A program made the position numbers and the translations under genes. Positions 59,536 to 64,000 of a DNA stretch of 64,000 nucleotides are shown here, one piece after another (the first letter of the stretch is position 1; every line of letters begins with the position of its first letter). The notes below the pieces were generated by a model that saw nothing but the letters and a program-made list of their open reading frames with translations, did not search any database and was not told the origin of the DNA. This stretch comes from Candidatus Latescibacterota bacterium (GTDB lineage: Bacteria; Latescibacterota; UBA2968; UBA8231): assembly GCA_965221775.1 (NCBI GenBank), contig CBDCSU010000004.1, forward strand, positions 1,088,001 through 1,152,000, given 5' to 3'.

Positions 59536-60555
59536 TCAGGAGCGGTCCTGCTCGACGAACTGGATCCACAGGGGGCTCTCGCCGACGTCGCAGGTCTGGA
59601 TCCGCTCCAGGGCGCCGCTGCCGGCGTCGATGCGGAAGACCGCCACCTTCCCCGAGGTCTGCCCCGCGGAGTAGAGGTACCGGCCCGTGGGGTCCAGGTC
59701 GAAGAACCGGGGCGTCGCCTCGGTGGGGGTGTGCCCCTTGGGCGTGAGCCGGCCGTCGCCGGCGACCTCGAAGAGGGCGAGGCTGTCGTGGCCGCGGTTG
59801 GAGCCGTAGAGGTGGCGGCCGTCGGGGGTGATGGCGATCTCCGCCGTGGACTCGCCCTCGGCGGGGGCGCCGTGGGGCAGGGTGGAGAGAACCTGGAAGG
59901 AGGAGAGCCGGCCGCTCTCGGCGTCGAAGTGGTGGGCGGAGACGGTGCAGCCGTCCTCGTTGATGGAGTAGAGGACGTGCAGGGACGGGTGGAAGACGAA
60001 GTGGCGGGGGCCTTCGGCGGTCTCGGGCTGGATCTTCGGCGGGTCGTTGGCCGTCAGGGCCCCGGTGGCCTCGTCGAAGCGGAACTGGAAGATGGCGTTG
60101 CCCGGCACGGTGTGCGGCACGTAGGCGAAGCGGTTGGAGCGGTCGGTCTGGATGCTGTGGGCGTGGGTGTCGGTCTCGATCCACTGCAGCGGCTCCGGCG
60201 ACAGGCTGCCGTCGGCGCCGATGCCGTGGACGGAGACGCCGCCGGCGCCGTAGTAGGTGGCCAGCAGGAAGCGGTCGGTGTTGTCCGTGGCCAGGTAGGG
60301 GGCCCCCTCGGAGACGCTGGTGGCGCCGATCCTCGACAAGGCGCCGCTGCCGCGGTCGAGGTCGTAGCTGACGTACTCCCCCTGGGAGCGCAGACAGGCG
60401 AAGAGGCGGCTGCCGTCGCGGTTGGTGGCCAGGGCTCCCGGCGAGCCCCCCAGGGAGATGTCGGCCTGCGCCTCCAGGAGGCCGCTCTCCTCGTCCATCA
60501 GGAAGTGGGACAGGAAGTCGCTTCCGGCGTTCGACACGTACACGTGGTAGGGCAT
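59536..60555 (-). CDS. Lactonase family (6-phosphogluconolactonase-like) beta-propeller
   Basis: 'LATYYGAG', 'HAHSI', 'GPRHFVFHP', 'YGSNRGHDSL', 'PRFF'. Confidence 0.92.
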   Translation of the reverse strand: MPYHVYVSNAGSDFLSHFLMDEESGLLEAQADISLGGSPGALATNRDGSRLFACLRSQGEYVSYDLDRGSGALSRIGATSVSEGAPYLATDNTDRFLLATYYGAGGVSVHGIGADGSLSPEPLQWIETDTHAHSIQTDRSNRFAYVPHTVPGNAIFQFRFDEATGALTANDPPKIQPETAEGPRHFVFHPSLHVLYSINEDGCTVSAHHFDAESGRLSSFQVLSTLPHGAPAEGESTAEIAITPDGRHLYGSNRGHDSLALFEVAGDGRLTPKGHTPTEATPRFFDLDPTGRYLYSAGQTSGKVAVFRIDAGSGALERIQTCDVGESPLWIQFVEQDRS

Positions 60556-60658
60556 GATCTCTCCTCGTCCTTCGGTTGTCCACCGCTGTCGACGGCCCCC
60601 CGGGGAGGCCGGGCCGCAGGAAGATAAGGCCCCTTCCCGGGAGCGCGAGCCCCCTGGT

Positions 60659-60687
60659 TTGGCGCCCCCGGGCGCGGGGTCTACCGT
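60659..60687 (+). promoter_or_regulatory. Candidate sigma70 promoter, near-leaderless
   Basis: TTGGCG-17 nt-TACCGT, 9 nt before ATG 60697, no SD. Confidence 0.45.
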
Positions 60688-60696
60688 TGTGCGGCC

Positions 60697-62859
60697 ATGA
60701 GAATCGGAATCCCCCAGGACTTCCGCCGCTACCTGTCCCTGCGGGGCGCCTCGGTGACCCGCGAGGCGGACCAGGACCACCAGCCCCTGACCGCCCGCGC
60801 CCTGGCGGTGGGCACCTTCCTCTCCTTCTTCCTCGGCGTCGGCTCCAACTACGGCGACATCGTGATCAAGGGCAGCTACATGACCCTCGACATGAGCACG
60901 CCGGGGGCGATCTTCCTGTTCCTCTTCCTGGTAGGGTTCCTCAACACCCTCTTCAAGGCCTCGGCGCGGGCCTGGTGGATCTCCGCCGCGGTCACCGCCG
61001 CCCTGGGCGCGGCCTGCGGCTACCGCTTCGCCCCCTTCGACCAGCTGCCCCTGTACTCCCCCGCCGTGCTCCTCTGCGGGTTCCTGCTGACGGCGATGGC
61101 GGTCAACACCGTTCTCGCCGCCGGAGGCCGCAGCCTGGCCCTCAACCGCTCGGAGCTGATCGTCGTCTACATCATGCTCATCGTCGTCGCCTCGGTCTCG
61201 ACCATGGGAGTGTGCGAGGCGATCCTGCCGTCGATGAGCGGCTTCTTCTACTACGCCAACCCCGAGAACAAGTGGCAGGAGCTCCTCCTCCCGCACCTGC
61301 CGGCGGCCCTCACCGTCGACGACGGCAGCGGCAACGAGGCGTTCTTCGAGGGCCTCGGCGCCGACGCCTACAGCGTGCCCTGGGAGCTGTGGCTGCGGCC
61401 GGTGGCCCTGTGGGGCATCTTCCTCGCCGCCCTCTACCTGGCCATGGTCGGCATCGCCGTCATCCTGCGGCGCCAGTGGATGGACCGCGAGCGGCTCTCC
61501 TACCCGCTGGTGCAGGCGGCCCAGGTCATGATCCGCGGCGAGGAGCCCGGCCGGCTGGTCAACCCCTTCTTCCGGAGCCGCGTCATGTGGGCCGGCGCCT
61601 CCGTGCCCATGCTCGTCGGCCTGCTCACCGGCCTCAACAAGTACCTCGGGGCGTTTCCGATCATACCCACGGCCTGGTCGATCCCCATCGGCTTCGGCCA
61701 GTCCCTCAACATGACCCTCAGCTTCGCCGTCGTCGGGTTCTCCTACCTCATCGGACCGGACATCGCCGCGGGCATCTGGGGCTTCGCCCTGCTGTCGAAG
61801 GTGGAGAAGATGGTCTTCGTCGCCAACGGCGTGACCAAGCAGCAGGACGTGTGGGGCGTCCACGTGACGGAGCTGATGAACTACCAGGGCCTCGGCGCCC
61901 TGCTCCTCTTCGTCGCCCTCGGCCTGTGGGTCGGCCGCGAGCACCTGAAGCAGGTGGGCCGGTGCTTCCTCGGCCTCGACACGCCGCTGAGCGACGACGA
62001 CGAGATCATGTCCTACCGCACCGCCGTGCTCGCCACCCTCCTCGGCACGGCGGTGATGGTGGCGTGGTTCGCCTTCATCGGCACGCCCCTGTGGGCCAGC
62101 CTGCTCTTCATCGTCCTGGTCATGGCGATCTTCACGGCCCTCACGCGAGTCGTCGCCGAGTCGGGGGTGGCCGCCATCATCACTCCCATGAACGCGCCCG
62201 ACTTCATGATGTTCGGCCTCGGCTCGAAGCTCGTGGGCATCAAGGCGATCGCCAACTTCTCCCTCGGCTACATCTTCCTCGCCGACCTGCGCGTCTTCCT
62301 CATGGGCGTCGTCGCCAACGGCCTCAAGCTGATCGAGGGCATGAGCCGGCAGAGCCGCCGGGTGGTGATGCAGGCGATCCTCATCGCCCTGTTCTGCGGC
62401 GTCGCCGGCTCCCTGTACACGGTGCTGGAACTCTCCTACCGCGACGGCGGCATCAACTTCAGCGGCTGGTTCTTCAAGAGCCTGCCCCTGCGCATGGGCA
62501 ACACCGCCCTGAAGGGCATGGAAACCCTCGGCGTCTACTGGGCCGGGCTGGGTTTCGCCGGCATCGGCGCGGCGGGCATGGTGGTCCTCACCTGGCTGCG
62601 CCAGCGCTTCCTGTGGTGGCCCCTGCACCCGATCGGCTTTCCCATCATGACGAGCTGGGTCATCGACTGGATGTGGTTCAGCGTGTTCTTCGCCTGGCTC
62701 GTGAAGGTGACGGTCCTCAAGTACGGCGGCGCCGCCCTCTACACCCGCAGCCGCGACTTCTTCCTCGGCATGATCGTGGGCCGCATGCTGATCAGCGGCG
62801 GCTGGCTCGTGGTCGACTACATGACCGGCATGGTCGGCAATTCCATATTCTGGATCTGA
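60697..62859 (+). CDS. Polytopic membrane protein, DUF6785/DUF6784 (OPT-like peptide transporter) family
   Basis: 'ILRRQWMDRERLSYPL', 'RVVAESG', 'LRQRFLWWPLHPIGF', 'LKYGG...FFLGMIVG'. Confidence 0.8.
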   Translation: MRIGIPQDFRRYLSLRGASVTREADQDHQPLTARALAVGTFLSFFLGVGSNYGDIVIKGSYMTLDMSTPGAIFLFLFLVGFLNTLFKASARAWWISAAVTAALGAACGYRFAPFDQLPLYSPAVLLCGFLLTAMAVNTVLAAGGRSLALNRSELIVVYIMLIVVASVSTMGVCEAILPSMSGFFYYANPENKWQELLLPHLPAALTVDDGSGNEAFFEGLGADAYSVPWELWLRPVALWGIFLAALYLAMVGIAVILRRQWMDRERLSYPLVQAAQVMIRGEEPGRLVNPFFRSRVMWAGASVPMLVGLLTGLNKYLGAFPIIPTAWSIPIGFGQSLNMTLSFAVVGFSYLIGPDIAAGIWGFALLSKVEKMVFVANGVTKQQDVWGVHVTELMNYQGLGALLLFVALGLWVGREHLKQVGRCFLGLDTPLSDDDEIMSYRTAVLATLLGTAVMVAWFAFIGTPLWASLLFIVLVMAIFTALTRVVAESGVAAIITPMNAPDFMMFGLGSKLVGIKAIANFSLGYIFLADLRVFLMGVVANGLKLIEGMSRQSRRVVMQAILIALFCGVAGSLYTVLELSYRDGGINFSGWFFKSLPLRMGNTALKGMETLGVYWAGLGFAGIGAAGMVVLTWLRQRFLWWPLHPIGFPIMTSWVIDWMWFSVFFAWLVKVTVLKYGGAALYTRSRDFFLGMIVGRMLISGGWLVVDYMTGMVGNSIFWI

Positions 62860-62883
62860 TTCCAGGGAAGTCGAGGAGAGAGC

Positions 62884-64000
62884 ATGCGCATCAGCCAGGT
62901 CGACATCATCCCCATCCGCCCGCGCTTCGCCCGGCGCTACGACGGCCACGAGATCCGCATGCGGTCGATCGATCAGCGCACCGTCTTCCGCGTCACCTGC
63001 GACAACGGCGTCGTCGGCTACGGCGACTACCGCTGCGCGGCGCCGCCGCAGTCGGTGGCCGACGCCATGCTCGGGCAGAGCCCCTTCGCCTTCCTGCGCG
63101 ACGAGAGCCTGCCCCTGGGCCTGGGCGCCGCCTGCCACGACGCCGCCGGCAAGCACCTCGGGATCCCCGCCTGGCAACTGATGGGGTCGCGGCAGCGGCA
63201 GCGGGTGCCGGTCTGCGCCTGGACGCGTCCGGGCCCGCCGGCGGTGATGGCGGCGGAGATCGAGCGCGCCGCCGCCGAGGGCTACCTGCTCTTCAAGGTC
63301 CACACCTGCCAGCACCACGACCTGCTGGAGCAGCATCGCGCCATCGACGACGCGGCGCCCGCCGGCTTCCGCATGCACTACGACTTCAACCACAACCGCA
63401 CCCTGGCGGCGGTGCTGCCGATTCTCGAGCAGCTGCCCATGGCGCGCGTCGCCTGCGTCGAGGACCCCGTGGTCCTCAGCGACCTCGAGGGCTGGCGGCG
63501 CCTGCGCGAGCGCCTGCCGGTGCCGGTGCTGATGCACGTGCCGCCCCTGAACGGCATCCAGGAGATGCTCATGGGCTGCGCCGACGGCTACATCATCGGC
63601 GAGTACTGCGGCGGCTTCGGAGACGCCCTGGTCCGCGGCCACGCCTACGCCCGCGCCGGCCTGCTCAATGTGGTGCAGCTCACCGGCGGCATGCTCACCA
63701 AGGCCTTCGCCCTGCACTTCGCCTGCACCCTGCCCAAGGGGCACACGATCAACCTCGTGGACCAGTACGAGGACGACGTGACCCGCCAGGTCATCCCCGT
63801 CGACGCCGGCAGCTCGCCCGTGCCCGAAGGGCCGGGCCTCGGGATCGAGGTGGACGAGGAGGCCCTGGCCGAGCTGGCGTCGCGGCCGGCGCCGCGGCTC
63901 CCCGAGCACGTGGGGGTCCTGCGCATGGCCGACGGCCGCCTCCTCTACACGCCCTCGATCCCCGACCCGAGCCAGGTCCTCGGCTTCGAGGAGGGCACCC
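62884..64000 (+). CDS. Enolase-superfamily (mandelate racemase-like) enzyme, 3' truncated by window
   Basis: SD GAGGAG; MRISQVDIIPI..., 'HDAAGKHLG', 'FKVH', 'YDFNH', 'EDPV', 'VPEGPGLGIEVD'; no stop before window end. Confidence 0.88.
   Translation, partial: MRISQVDIIPIRPRFARRYDGHEIRMRSIDQRTVFRVTCDNGVVGYGDYRCAAPPQSVADAMLGQSPFAFLRDESLPLGLGAACHDAAGKHLGIPAWQLMGSRQRQRVPVCAWTRPGPPAVMAAEIERAAAEGYLLFKVHTCQHHDLLEQHRAIDDAAPAGFRMHYDFNHNRTLAAVLPILEQLPMARVACVEDPVVLSDLEGWRRLRERLPVPVLMHVPPLNGIQEMLMGCADGYIIGEYCGGFGDALVRGHAYARAGLLNVVQLTGGMLTKAFALHFACTLPKGHTINLVDQYEDDVTRQVIPVDAGSSPVPEGPGLGIEVDEEALAELASRPAPRLPEHVGVLRMADGRLLYTPSIPDPSQVLGFEEGT

Overview
64 kb of a very GC-rich bacterial chromosome. FlgD-Ig/'PNPFN' C-terminal domains, ankyrin proteins and many paralogous BNR/sialidase, Gfo/Idh/MocA, phytanoyl-CoA-dioxygenase and enolase-family genes suggest a Latescibacterota/Gemmatimonadota-like organism (inference only). 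1-11018 is the 3' part of a visibly lower-GC type-1 BREX locus (brxC-pglX-pglZ-brxL). Its pglX is frameshifted at ~3360, and its BrxL ends in a MIT_C/PLD-like domain instead of a Lon protease. The rest is mostly host metabolic genes, a thrS-M50 peptidase-proS operon, and a ~3 kb lower-GC islet (hicAB, a DUF2442 pseudogene, an ABC-type ATPase + DUF4276 pair). The best signals missed by the ORF track are: (i) a complete ribosome-dependent attenuator upstream of thrS-proS (promoter, SD, 39-aa leader with 11 Thr and 4 Pro, antiterminator, terminator); (ii) a lipoprotein peroxiredoxin-like selenoprotein with an in-frame UGA in UxxC and a SECIS-like hairpin; (iii) a 43-aa small membrane protein; (iv) probable CTG starts and near-leaderless promoters. 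I saw no rRNA, tRNA, CRISPR array or transposase. All family assignments come from motif recognition, not database searches.
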